Assembly (NCBI GenBank): GCA_002841395.1
Contig: PGZM01000005.1
Span: 142,556 to 206,555 of the forward strand
Reading direction: 5' to 3'
DNA: 64,000 nt
Source of the DNA: Firmicutes bacterium HGW-Firmicutes-9
Lineage (GTDB): Bacteria; Bacillota; Clostridia; Christensenellales; CAG-138
Position numbers and translations under genes: made by a program. Within the stretch, counting starts at the first letter, position 1; each line of letters begins with the position of its first letter. The notes under the pieces were generated by a model. The model was not told the origin of the DNA, ran no database searches, and worked only from the letters and a program-made list of their open reading frames with translations. Below, one piece after another: positions 46,650 to 54,728 of the stretch.

Positions 46650-47663
46650 TTAGCCTTCGAACCCATTCGGGTTCTGTGACTGCCAGCGCCAGGCATCCGC
46701 GCACATGCGCTCGATGCCGAATTCCGCGCGCCAGCCGAGCTCGGATGCCGCCTTCTCAGGGTCGGCGTAGCAGGCAGCGATATCGCCGGGGCGACGAGCA
46801 ACGATCTCATACGGCAGCGTTTTCCCGCAAGCCTTTTCAAAGGCATGCAGCATGTCGAGTACAGAGTAGCCAACGCCTGTGCCGAGGTTATAGGTATAAA
46901 CGCCTGCGCCGCTTTCGAGCTTTTTCAGCGCGGCGACGTGCCCTTTGGCCAGATCGACCACATGGATATAGTCGCGCACACCCGTGCCGTCAGGCGTCGG
47001 GTAATCGTTGCCGAAGACGCGGAGCGCGGGGAGCTTACCGACGGCGACCTGTGCGATATATGGCATCAGGTTATTCGGGATGCCGTTGGGGTCCTCGCCG
47101 ATCTTGCCGGAGATGTGCGCGCCGACGGGGTTAAAATACCGCAGCAGGCAAATGCGCATATCCGGCTGCGCGATGGAGACATCCCGCAGCATATCCTCGA
47201 TCATCAGCTTGGTTCTGCCGTAGGGGTTTGTGGCGGAGAGCGCAAAGTCCTCGCGGATGGGTACGCTGACCGGGTCGCCATAGACCGTCGCGCTGCTGGA
47301 GAAGACAAACTTCTCTACGCCGTGCTTTTGCATCGAGATGAGAAGGTTGAAGGTAGAAGTCAGGTTGTTACGATAGTATTCCAGCGGCAGCTGCACGCTC
47401 TCACCGACGGCCTTGAGCCCGGCGAAGTGGATCATCGCATCGATTGGATACTTTTGAAAGAGCGCGTCGGTGGCGGCAGCGTCTGTCAGGTCGACTTCCT
47501 CGAATTGAAACGGCTTGCTCGCCAGCGTGCAAAGACGGTCGAGCGCCGCAGGTTTGCTGTTGACAAAATTGTCCGCGATGACGACGTCATAGCCCGCGTC
47601 CAACAATTCCAATACGGTGTGGCTGCCGATATATCCGGCGCCGCCGGTCACGAGAATGCGCAT
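46650..47663 (-). CDS. galE: UDP-glucose 4-epimerase
   Basis: [15 protein letters not shown], the YGRTK catalytic motif, and 337 aa length. Confidence 0.95.
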   Translation of the reverse strand: MRILVTGGAGYIGSHTVLELLDAGYDVVIADNFVNSKPAALDRLCTLASKPFQFEEVDLTDAAATDALFQKYPIDAMIHFAGLKAVGESVQLPLEYYRNNLTSTFNLLISMQKHGVEKFVFSSSATVYGDPVSVPIREDFALSATNPYGRTKLMIEDMLRDVSIAQPDMRICLLRYFNPVGAHISGKIGEDPNGIPNNLMPYIAQVAVGKLPALRVFGNDYPTPDGTGVRDYIHVVDLAKGHVAALKKLESGAGVYTYNLGTGVGYSVLDMLHAFEKACGKTLPYEIVARRPGDIAACYADPEKAASELGWRAEFGIERMCADAWRWQSQNPNGFEG

Positions 47664-47930
47664 AAAGACAAAAAGTCTCCTTTCGGTTTATCTGCCGTAA
47701 CAGAACAGTTTTCAGTGATAATAAATAGGTAGGTTGTCCATACAAGCGCTGATGGATCACAAGAACAACGATTCGTGTGAAAAAAGGCGTTCAGAGCCGC
47801 TTCAGCGCACCTCTATTATAGGCGCATGGATAAAGTCTGTCAAAGGCGTGAATAAATACAGGAAAATCGATAAAAGATGACGGATTTAACCCGAAAAATC
47901 GATTTTCAGCTTTCCTAAATAATATTGCTA

Positions 47931-47939
47931 TGTTATAAT
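47931..47939 (+). promoter_or_regulatory. Extended -10 element TGtTATAAT upstream of the hydrogenase operon
   Basis: TG at 47931-47932 and TATAAT at 47934-47939. There is no good -35 element. Confidence 0.45.
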
Positions 47940-47997
47940 TCACCTTGGCTTATACCGGTCTGGACCGGGTTTTTGAATCACGCCGAGGAGGAAGATT

Positions 47998-48492
47998 ATG
48001 GCAAAGCAGAAAACTGTCGTTCCCTTTCGCGGAACGCAGGAGCAGGAAAAACAGCTTTTACAGATCATCGCGGACAACAAGGATGTTCCGGGCGCATTGA
48101 TGCCCGTGCTCCAGCAGGCGCAGGAGCTTTACGGCTATCTGCCCATCGAAGTGCAGACCAAGATTGCAGAAGGTCTTGGCATCTCGATCGAAGAAGTGTA
48201 TCAGGTTGTGACGTTTTACGGGCAGTTCTCGCTCAACCCCACGGGCAAACACCGCGTTGCGGTCTGCCTTGGCACGGCTTGCTACGTCAAGGGAGCGCAG
48301 AACATTCTCGAAGAGCTCGAAAAACAGCTCGGCGTCAAAGCGGGCGGCACCACGCCGGACGGCGTGTTCACGCTGGAAGCCACGCGCTGCCTCGGCTGCT
48401 GCGGCCTTGCCCCGGTCATCGTTGTCGATGAGGACGTCTACGGACGCCTGGTCAACGCGGACATCAAAGGCATCCTCGCGAAATATAACTAA
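47998..48492 (+). CDS. hydC: NuoE-like [2Fe-2S] subunit of the bifurcating [FeFe] hydrogenase (HydC)
   Basis: The pattern VCLGTACYVKG...CLGCCGLAPV. Strong GAGGAGGA RBS. Confidence 0.85.
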   Translation: MAKQKTVVPFRGTQEQEKQLLQIIADNKDVPGALMPVLQQAQELYGYLPIEVQTKIAEGLGISIEEVYQVVTFYGQFSLNPTGKHRVAVCLGTACYVKGAQNILEELEKQLGVKAGGTTPDGVFTLEATRCLGCCGLAPVIVVDEDVYGRLVNADIKGILAKYN

Positions 48493-48551
48493 GCCTTAGG
48501 ACCTTGAGCGCAATCCTGCCTCAAGAAGCCGGAACGAAGGGACGGAGTCGA

Positions 48552-48908
48552 ATGAAAATTCGTGAAATCGCGACGCTGCTCGGTGCGGATGTCCTCTGCG
48601 GAGAGTCACAGCTCGACGAAGAGGTGCAGAGCGCCTGCGGAAGCGACATGATGAGCGACGTGCTGGCCTTTGTCAAGGATCAGGGCGTGCTTGTCACGGG
48701 GCTTGTGAACCCGCAGGTGATTCGTACCGCCATGATGATGGACATGCACTGTGTCGTCTTTGTCCGCAGCAAGCGGCCTACGCCGGAGATGCTGGAACTT
48801 GCCAAGGAGCACCACATCGCGGTTCTTGCAAGCTGCAGCCGGATGTATGAAGCCTGCGGCAAGCTCTACGCGAGCGGCCTGGGCAACGAGGCCTGCGCCA
48901 ATGGCTGA
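48552..48908 (+). CDS. DRTGG-domain protein
   Basis: About 118 aa with the pattern SDMMSDVLAF...VLVTGLVNPQVIRTA...VVFVR typical of DRTGG. ATG at 48552. Confidence 0.7.
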   Translation: MKIREIATLLGADVLCGESQLDEEVQSACGSDMMSDVLAFVKDQGVLVTGLVNPQVIRTAMMMDMHCVVFVRSKRPTPEMLELAKEHHIAVLASCSRMYEACGKLYASGLGNEACANG

Positions 48909-49368
48909 GGCACTTCGGTTTCACTATGAAGTAGACGGCGATAACTTCACCTCCGCGGGTGCGGCCTCCGTCGAAGTCAAGCGAAAGCTCCGGCAGCTCG
49001 GCTTTGACGCGGAGTTGATCCGCAGGGTGTCCATCGCCATGTACGAAGGCGAAATCAACATGGTCGTACATGCGCGCGGCGGCAGCGCCGACGTGTATGT
49101 AGACAAGGATTGCGTCACGATTATCCTTGCAGACCGGGGCCCGGGCATACCCGATATCGACCTCGCGATGCAGGAAGGCTATTCAACCGCTCCCGATAAC
49201 ATCCGCGCGCTGGGCTTTGGCGCTGGCATGGGCCTGCCGAACATGAAGCGCTATACGGATGAAATGAAGATCGAAACCGTGCTCAAACAGGGCACCACCG
49301 TGACCATGAAGGTCTATATCAACCACACGAAACAAACGGAAAAAGGCACATCTGAAGAGGGCAAATAA
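48901..49368 (+). CDS. HATPase_c-type ATP-binding protein (anti-sigma/serine-kinase-like)
   Basis: DRGPGIPD and GFGAGMGLPNMKRY (G1/G2 boxes). Its start overlaps the upstream stop (ATGGCTGA). Confidence 0.75.
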   Translation: MAEALRFHYEVDGDNFTSAGAASVEVKRKLRQLGFDAELIRRVSIAMYEGEINMVVHARGGSADVYVDKDCVTIILADRGPGIPDIDLAMQEGYSTAPDNIRALGFGAGMGLPNMKRYTDEMKIETVLKQGTTVTMKVYINHTKQTEKGTSEEGK

Positions 49369-49506
49369 CGATTATCCCATTTTGCCGCATCCATTCCACA
49401 GGCGCGCGGGAGAAACATGAGAACGGCGCGCCGGAGAATACGCAGGCGGGCAACGGCAACGGAGCCGTAGCACGTCAGAGCCTGCGGAAAGGCGAAGAAC
49501 GCGCGC

Positions 49507-50790
49507 ATGAAGCAATACAAGCATTCGGTTTCGCTCGACCTTGAAAAATGCAAGGGCTGTACCAACTGCCTCAAGCGTTGTCCGACCGAAGCCATCCGCA
49601 TTCGCGACGGCCACGCCGTGATCAATTCTGATGTTTGCATCGACTGCGGCGAGTGTATCCGCCGCTGCCCGTATCAGGCGAAGAAAGCGAACTTCGACCA
49701 CTTTGAGGACATCGACGACAAGAGATACCGCATCGCGCTGCCTGCGCCTTCGTTTTATGGGCAGTTCGTGGATCTGGACGACGTAGACTATGTGCTGCAG
49801 GGGCTACTGGACATCGGCTTTGACGATGTGTTCGAGGTAGCCCGCGCCGCGGAGATCATTACGGAGTATACGCGCCGCTATATGCGCGAAGAGAACATCG
49901 GTTATCCCGTGATCAACTCCGCCTGTCCCGCGGTTGTGCGGCTCATCACGCTGCGCTTTCCCTATCTTTGCGATCACGTCATCCCCATGATGCCACCGAT
50001 CGAGCTGGCGGGAAAGATCGCACGTGAAGAAGCGCTGAAAAAGCACCCGGAGCTCAAGCCGGAGGATGTCGCGGTCGTGTTTATCTCTCCGTGTCCCGCA
50101 AAGGCGAGCTACGTCAAAAACGGCTTCTTAGGCGAGAAGAGCCACGTAGACTATGTTGTCTCCATGAGCGACATCTACTTCAAGCTCATCAGTGTCATGA
50201 AGAAAAACGTAGCCCCAAAGGCCGTGAGCCAGAGCGGCATGATCGGCATGAGCTGGGCGAGCACCGGCGGCGAGGCAAGCGCGCTGTTCAACGATAAGTA
50301 CCTGGCCGCGGACGGCATAGAGAACGTCATCCACGTACTGGACGAAATCGAGACCGGACACTTCCCGATGCTGCAGTTTGTAGAGCTCAACGCGTGCCCC
50401 GGCGGCTGCGTCGGCGGGGTGGCGACGGTGGAAAATCCGTACATCGCGCGCGTACGGCTGCAAGCGCTGAGACGCTATTTGCCGGTATCGCAGAATCGAT
50501 TAGAGAAGGACGATTCAGAGGGCTATCCGGAGGAAATCCTCTTCCCGAAAGACCTCGAATATCGACCGGTTGGCAAGTTTGACGAGGATTTGACCACGGC
50601 GATGCAGAAGATGAGCGAGATCGAGGGTCTCGCGGCCTCTCTGCCCGCGCTGGACTGCGGCTCCTGCGGCGCGCCGACGTGCCGTGCCTTTGCCGAGGAC
50701 GTCGTGCTCGGCGGACGCAGCATCGACGAGTGCATCGTCTACATGCGCGAACGGATCCAGACGCTGGTCAAGTGTCCCGGGGAGGAATAA
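49507..50790 (+). CDS. HydS-like putative sensory [FeFe]-hydrogenase-domain protein with two ferredoxin clusters and a C-terminal Cys motif
   Basis: CKGCTNCLKRCP and CIDCGECIRRCP at the N-terminus. The H-domain motifs are NSAC(140)P, SPC(196)PAK and ELNAC(297)PGGC(301)VGG. The C-terminal motif is C384-x2-C387-x4-C392. Confidence 0.75.
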   Translation: MKQYKHSVSLDLEKCKGCTNCLKRCPTEAIRIRDGHAVINSDVCIDCGECIRRCPYQAKKANFDHFEDIDDKRYRIALPAPSFYGQFVDLDDVDYVLQGLLDIGFDDVFEVARAAEIITEYTRRYMREENIGYPVINSACPAVVRLITLRFPYLCDHVIPMMPPIELAGKIAREEALKKHPELKPEDVAVVFISPCPAKASYVKNGFLGEKSHVDYVVSMSDIYFKLISVMKKNVAPKAVSQSGMIGMSWASTGGEASALFNDKYLAADGIENVIHVLDEIETGHFPMLQFVELNACPGGCVGGVATVENPYIARVRLQALRRYLPVSQNRLEKDDSEGYPEEILFPKDLEYRPVGKFDEDLTTAMQKMSEIEGLAASLPALDCGSCGAPTCRAFAEDVVLGGRSIDECIVYMRERIQTLVKCPGEE

Positions 50791-50793
50791 AGA

Positions 50794-51120
50794 ATGACAG
50801 TGCTCGGCCTGAAAGAAACGCTCAACCTAACCGCGTTTGCCCTGCCGCAAGGTGAGCGGCACGTACGCGGCGGATACGCGGGCGATCTTTTGAGCTGGGT
50901 GATGGGCAAGGCCGAGGCGGACGACGCATGGCTGACCATCATGAGTAACCCGAACATCCTTGCGGTGGCGACACTGACGGACGTGAGCTGCATCATCCTC
51001 TGCGAGGGCGTTGTGCCGGATGCGGGGGTAGCGAACCTAGCCGCCGAGAAAGAGATCAACCTGCTCGGCAGCGAATCTTCCGTCTTCGCGCTCGCGGCGC
51101 AAATAGCTCGCCTGCTATGA
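50794..51120 (+). CDS. DRTGG-domain protein (second copy)
   Basis: 108 aa with the pattern GDLLSWVMG...LTIMSNPNILAVA...IILCEG. GGGGAGGA RBS. Confidence 0.7.
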   Translation: MTVLGLKETLNLTAFALPQGERHVRGGYAGDLLSWVMGKAEADDAWLTIMSNPNILAVATLTDVSCIILCEGVVPDAGVANLAAEKEINLLGSESSVFALAAQIARLL

Positions 51121-51857
51121 GCACGTATCGGTGCGATCTGCACATACATTCCTGCCTCTCGCCCTGTGCGGAGGAGGAGATGACGCCGGGCAACATCGCG
51201 GGTGTGGCGAGGCTCAACGGTCTCGACATTGCCGCGCTGACGGACCACAACACCTGCGGCAACTGCGCTTCGTTCTTTGCCGCTTGTGAGAATTACGGTG
51301 TGGTGCCGGTTGCGGGCATGGAACTGACCACCAGCGAAGATGTGCATCTGTTGTGCCTCTTCAAAACCCTTTCGGATGCAACCGCCTTTTCCGCGGCGGT
51401 CAACGATAAACGCATCAGGATCAAGAACAAGCCGGAAATCTTCGGCAGACAGCTTTTGATCGATCTGGACGATGAACCCTGCGGCGAGGAAGCGTTTCTG
51501 CTCCTCAACGCGACGACGCTCTCGCTGGAAGACGCAGCAAACCTTTGCGCTTCCTTCCGCGGCGCATACATCCCGGCGCATGTCGATCGCGAGTTCAACG
51601 GCATGCTCTCCGTTCTCGGCGGCGTGCCGGAGACGCCGGAGCTGCCGACCGTCGAGGTACGCAATCCCGAAAGCCTGCCGGAGCTCGAGCGCGGGCACCC
51701 GCTGCTCAAGAGAAAGCGCGTGATCGTCTCCTCGGATGCGCATCGCCTCTGGGAGATTGCGGAGAAGGGCTTTCCGATCAACCTGCACTGTGAACGCGGG
51801 GCAAGCGCGCAGAACGTGCGCGACGCGCTGATCGATTATCTGAGCGGGCGGCGCTGA
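51117..51857 (+). CDS. PHP-domain metal-dependent phosphoesterase
   Basis: CDLHIHSCLSPC and ALTDHNT motifs. Its start overlaps the upstream stop (ATGA). Confidence 0.8.
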   Translation: MSTYRCDLHIHSCLSPCAEEEMTPGNIAGVARLNGLDIAALTDHNTCGNCASFFAACENYGVVPVAGMELTTSEDVHLLCLFKTLSDATAFSAAVNDKRIRIKNKPEIFGRQLLIDLDDEPCGEEAFLLLNATTLSLEDAANLCASFRGAYIPAHVDREFNGMLSVLGGVPETPELPTVEVRNPESLPELERGHPLLKRKRVIVSSDAHRLWEIAEKGFPINLHCERGASAQNVRDALIDYLSGRR

Positions 51858-51865
51858 GGTATTAT

Positions 51866-52408
51866 ATGAAAGAACTCTCGCTCAATATCCTCGATATCGC
51901 GCAAAACTCGATCAAAGCGAACGCCGCGCATGTGACCATCCGGCTGACGCAACGGGAGAACTGGCTCACGATCGAGATCGCCGACGACGGCACGGGCATG
52001 AGCCCGGATTTTGCGCAACATGCCGCAAACCCGTTTACCACCACGCGCACGACGAGAAAAGTCGGCATGGGATTGCCGCTGTTTAGGATGGCGGCGGAGC
52101 AGACGGGCGGCAGCTTCTCACTGGTTTCACACCAGGCGCTGCGCGAAAGTGACGCGCATGGAACAACCGTGACGGCAACGTTTGATACCGCGCATGTGGA
52201 CTGCGAGCCGCTGGGCGATATCACGGAGACGATACTAACCCTGATTCAGGGCAACCCCGATCTTTCGCTGACGTATGTCTATCAGACCGAAGCGGGAGAA
52301 CTGCGGCTCAGTACCGATGAAATGCGGGAAATTCTTGGGGAAGATGTTCCGCTGAACAGTCCGGAGGTACTCGCCTGGGCGCGGGAGTTCCTGAACGGAG
52401 AAGAATGA
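51866..52408 (+). CDS. HATPase_c-type ATP-binding protein (second copy)
   Basis: N-box NILDIAQNSIKA, then DDGTGM, then GMGLPLF. Confidence 0.75.
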   Translation: MKELSLNILDIAQNSIKANAAHVTIRLTQRENWLTIEIADDGTGMSPDFAQHAANPFTTTRTTRKVGMGLPLFRMAAEQTGGSFSLVSHQALRESDAHGTTVTATFDTAHVDCEPLGDITETILTLIQGNPDLSLTYVYQTEAGELRLSTDEMREILGEDVPLNSPEVLAWAREFLNGEE

Positions 52409-52541
52409 CCCTGCGGCAAACGATGCCGCCTCAACCGTGTCAAGCATGAGCAGAATTGCTTGTTTTATACACCAACGCGCCAAGCGTGCGGCAGCAGTTA
52501 ATAATTTGGGATCAATCATCAGTGAGGAAGGAACGAAGAAC

Positions 52542-52907
52542 ATGAAATCATTGCAGGAACTGGCAGAAATTCGCGAGAGAAGCAAGAGCAAGGTTGCGCT
52601 CCGTGAAGGGCACAACGACATTCGCATCGTCGTCGGCATGGCGACCTGCGGCATCGCGGCCGGCGCGCGTCCGGTGCTCAGCGCACTCGTAGAAGAGGTA
52701 GAGAAGCAGGGCGTCAGCGAGAGGGCGACCGTTTCGCAGACGGGCTGCATCGGCATCTGCCGTCTTGAGCCTATCGTAGAAGTGTTTGAGTCGGGCAAAG
52801 AGAAGGTCACCTACGTCAAGATGACACCCGAAAAGGCAAAGCAGGTTGTCAGCGAGCACATTAAGGGCGGCAAGCCCGTTTACGAATACACGATCGGTGA
52901 GAAATAA
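52542..52907 (+). CDS. Thioredoxin-like [2Fe-2S] ferredoxin
   Basis: The pattern GMATCGIAAGA...QTGCIGICRLEP. ATG at 52542 with a GAGGAAGG RBS. Confidence 0.8.
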   Translation: MKSLQELAEIRERSKSKVALREGHNDIRIVVGMATCGIAAGARPVLSALVEEVEKQGVSERATVSQTGCIGICRLEPIVEVFESGKEKVTYVKMTPEKAKQVVSEHIKGGKPVYEYTIGEK

Positions 52908-52922
52908 GCGGAGGAGTAACCA

Positions 52923-54716
52923 ATGATTCGTTCACACGTATTAGTCTGCGGCGGCACCGGCTGCACGTCCAGCGGGAGCCCCGCGATTCGCGAGCATCTC
53001 GAAAAAGAGCTTCAGAAACAGGGTCTTGACGAGGAGATCAAGGTCGTCCAGACCGGTTGCTTCGGCCTCTGCGCATTGGGTCCGATCATGATCGTCTACC
53101 CGGAAGGCACGTTCTATAGCCGCGTTACGGAAGATGACGTTACGGAGATCGTCAGCGAGCATCTGCTCAAAGGCCGTCCCGTCGAGCGCCTCGTCTACAA
53201 CCCCAAGACCGAAGAGATGCCCCACGGCGTCACCTCGCTCAACGAAACGCCGTTCTATAAGAGCCAGGAGCGCATTGCGCTGCGCAACTGCGGCGTGATC
53301 AACCCCGAAGAGATCGACGAATACATCGCGCTCGACGGCTATCTCGCGCTTGGCAAAGCACTGACCGAGATGAAACCGCAGGAGGTCATCGACCTGATCA
53401 AAGCCAGCGGCCTGCGCGGTCGCGGCGGCGCGGGTTTCCCGACCGGTACCAAATGGCAGTTTGCCGCCAACAACGCGTCGGACGAGAAATTCGTCATCTG
53501 CAACGCGGACGAGGGCGACCCCGGCGCGTTCATGGATCGTTCCGTGCTCGAAGGCGACCCGCACGCGGTGCTGGAAGCCATGGCGATCGCGGGTTACGCC
53601 ATCGGCGGTACCCACGGCTACATCTATGTCCGTGCGGAGTACCCTATCGCGGTCAAGCGCCTCAAGATCGCAATCGACCAGGCGCGCGAATACGGCCTGC
53701 TCGGCAAAAATATCTTCGGCACCGACTTCAGCTTTGACATCGACATCCGCCTTGGCGCGGGCGCGTTCGTCTGCGGCGAAGAGACGGCGCTGATGACCAG
53801 CATCGAAGGCTTCCGCGGCGAACCGCGCAACAAGCCCCCGTTCCCGGCGGTCAAGGGTCTCTTCGGCAAGCCCACGATCATCAACAACGTCGAAACGTTT
53901 GCCAACATCCCGCAGATCATCGTGAAGGGACCGGAATGGTTCTCCTCGATGGGCACGGAGTGCAGCAAGGGCACCAAGGTGTTCGCGCTCGGCGGTAAGA
54001 TCAACAACACCGGCCTTGTGGAAATTCCGATGGGCACGACGCTTCGCCAGATTCTCTTTGAAATCGGCGGCGGCATCCCCGGCGGCAAAAAGTTCAAGGC
54101 CGCGCAGACCGGCGGTCCTTCGGGCGGCTGCATCCCGGCGGAGCACCTCGACACGCCGATCGACTATGAAAACCTCAAGGCCATCGGCTCGATGATGGGC
54201 AGCGGCGGCTTGATCGTCATGGACGAAGACAACTGCATGGTCGACGTCGCGCGCTTCTTCCTCGAGTTCACGGTGGACGAGAGCTGCGGCAAGTGCACGC
54301 CGTGCCGCATCGGCACACGTCGCCTGCTCGAAATGCTCAACAAGATCACCGAAGGCAACGGCACGCTCGAAGACCTCGACAAGATGGAAGAGCTCTGCCA
54401 CTACATCATGAACAACGCGCTGTGCGGACTGGGTCAGACCGCGCCGAACCCCGTGCTCTCCACGCTGAAGTATTTCAAAGACGAATACATGGCGCACGTG
54501 GTAGACAAGCGCTGCCCGGCAGGCGTTTGCAAGAAACTCCTGCAGTATGTGATCGATCCTGCCAAGTGCACGGGCTGTACGCTCTGCGCGCGCAAGTGCC
54601 CCGTGAGCTGCATCGCCGGTAAGGTGAAGGAGCCGCACGTCATCGATCAGAGCAAGTGCATCAAATGCGGCGCCTGCATGGATAACTGCAAGTTCGGCGC
54701 CATTTCCAAGAAGTAA
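52923..54716 (+). CDS. hydB: NuoF-like NADH/FMN flavoprotein subunit of the bifurcating hydrogenase (HydB)
   Basis: N-terminal 2Fe-2S motif (VCGGTGC...GCFGLC), GRGGAGFPTG, and two C-terminal CxxCxxCxxxC motifs. Confidence 0.9.
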   Translation: MIRSHVLVCGGTGCTSSGSPAIREHLEKELQKQGLDEEIKVVQTGCFGLCALGPIMIVYPEGTFYSRVTEDDVTEIVSEHLLKGRPVERLVYNPKTEEMPHGVTSLNETPFYKSQERIALRNCGVINPEEIDEYIALDGYLALGKALTEMKPQEVIDLIKASGLRGRGGAGFPTGTKWQFAANNASDEKFVICNADEGDPGAFMDRSVLEGDPHAVLEAMAIAGYAIGGTHGYIYVRAEYPIAVKRLKIAIDQAREYGLLGKNIFGTDFSFDIDIRLGAGAFVCGEETALMTSIEGFRGEPRNKPPFPAVKGLFGKPTIINNVETFANIPQIIVKGPEWFSSMGTECSKGTKVFALGGKINNTGLVEIPMGTTLRQILFEIGGGIPGGKKFKAAQTGGPSGGCIPAEHLDTPIDYENLKAIGSMMGSGGLIVMDEDNCMVDVARFFLEFTVDESCGKCTPCRIGTRRLLEMLNKITEGNGTLEDLDKMEELCHYIMNNALCGLGQTAPNPVLSTLKYFKDEYMAHVVDKRCPAGVCKKLLQYVIDPAKCTGCTLCARKCPVSCIAGKVKEPHVIDQSKCIKCGACMDNCKFGAISKK

Positions 54717-54728
54717 GGAGGCAGGAAC

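Noticed and set aside
47776-47795. Possible Rex operator TGTGAA-N8-TTCAGA upstream of the hydrogenase operon
   Set aside because: The Rex consensus is TTGTGAA-N4-TTCACAA. Here the spacer is 8 nt and the right half is imperfect, so I do not call it.
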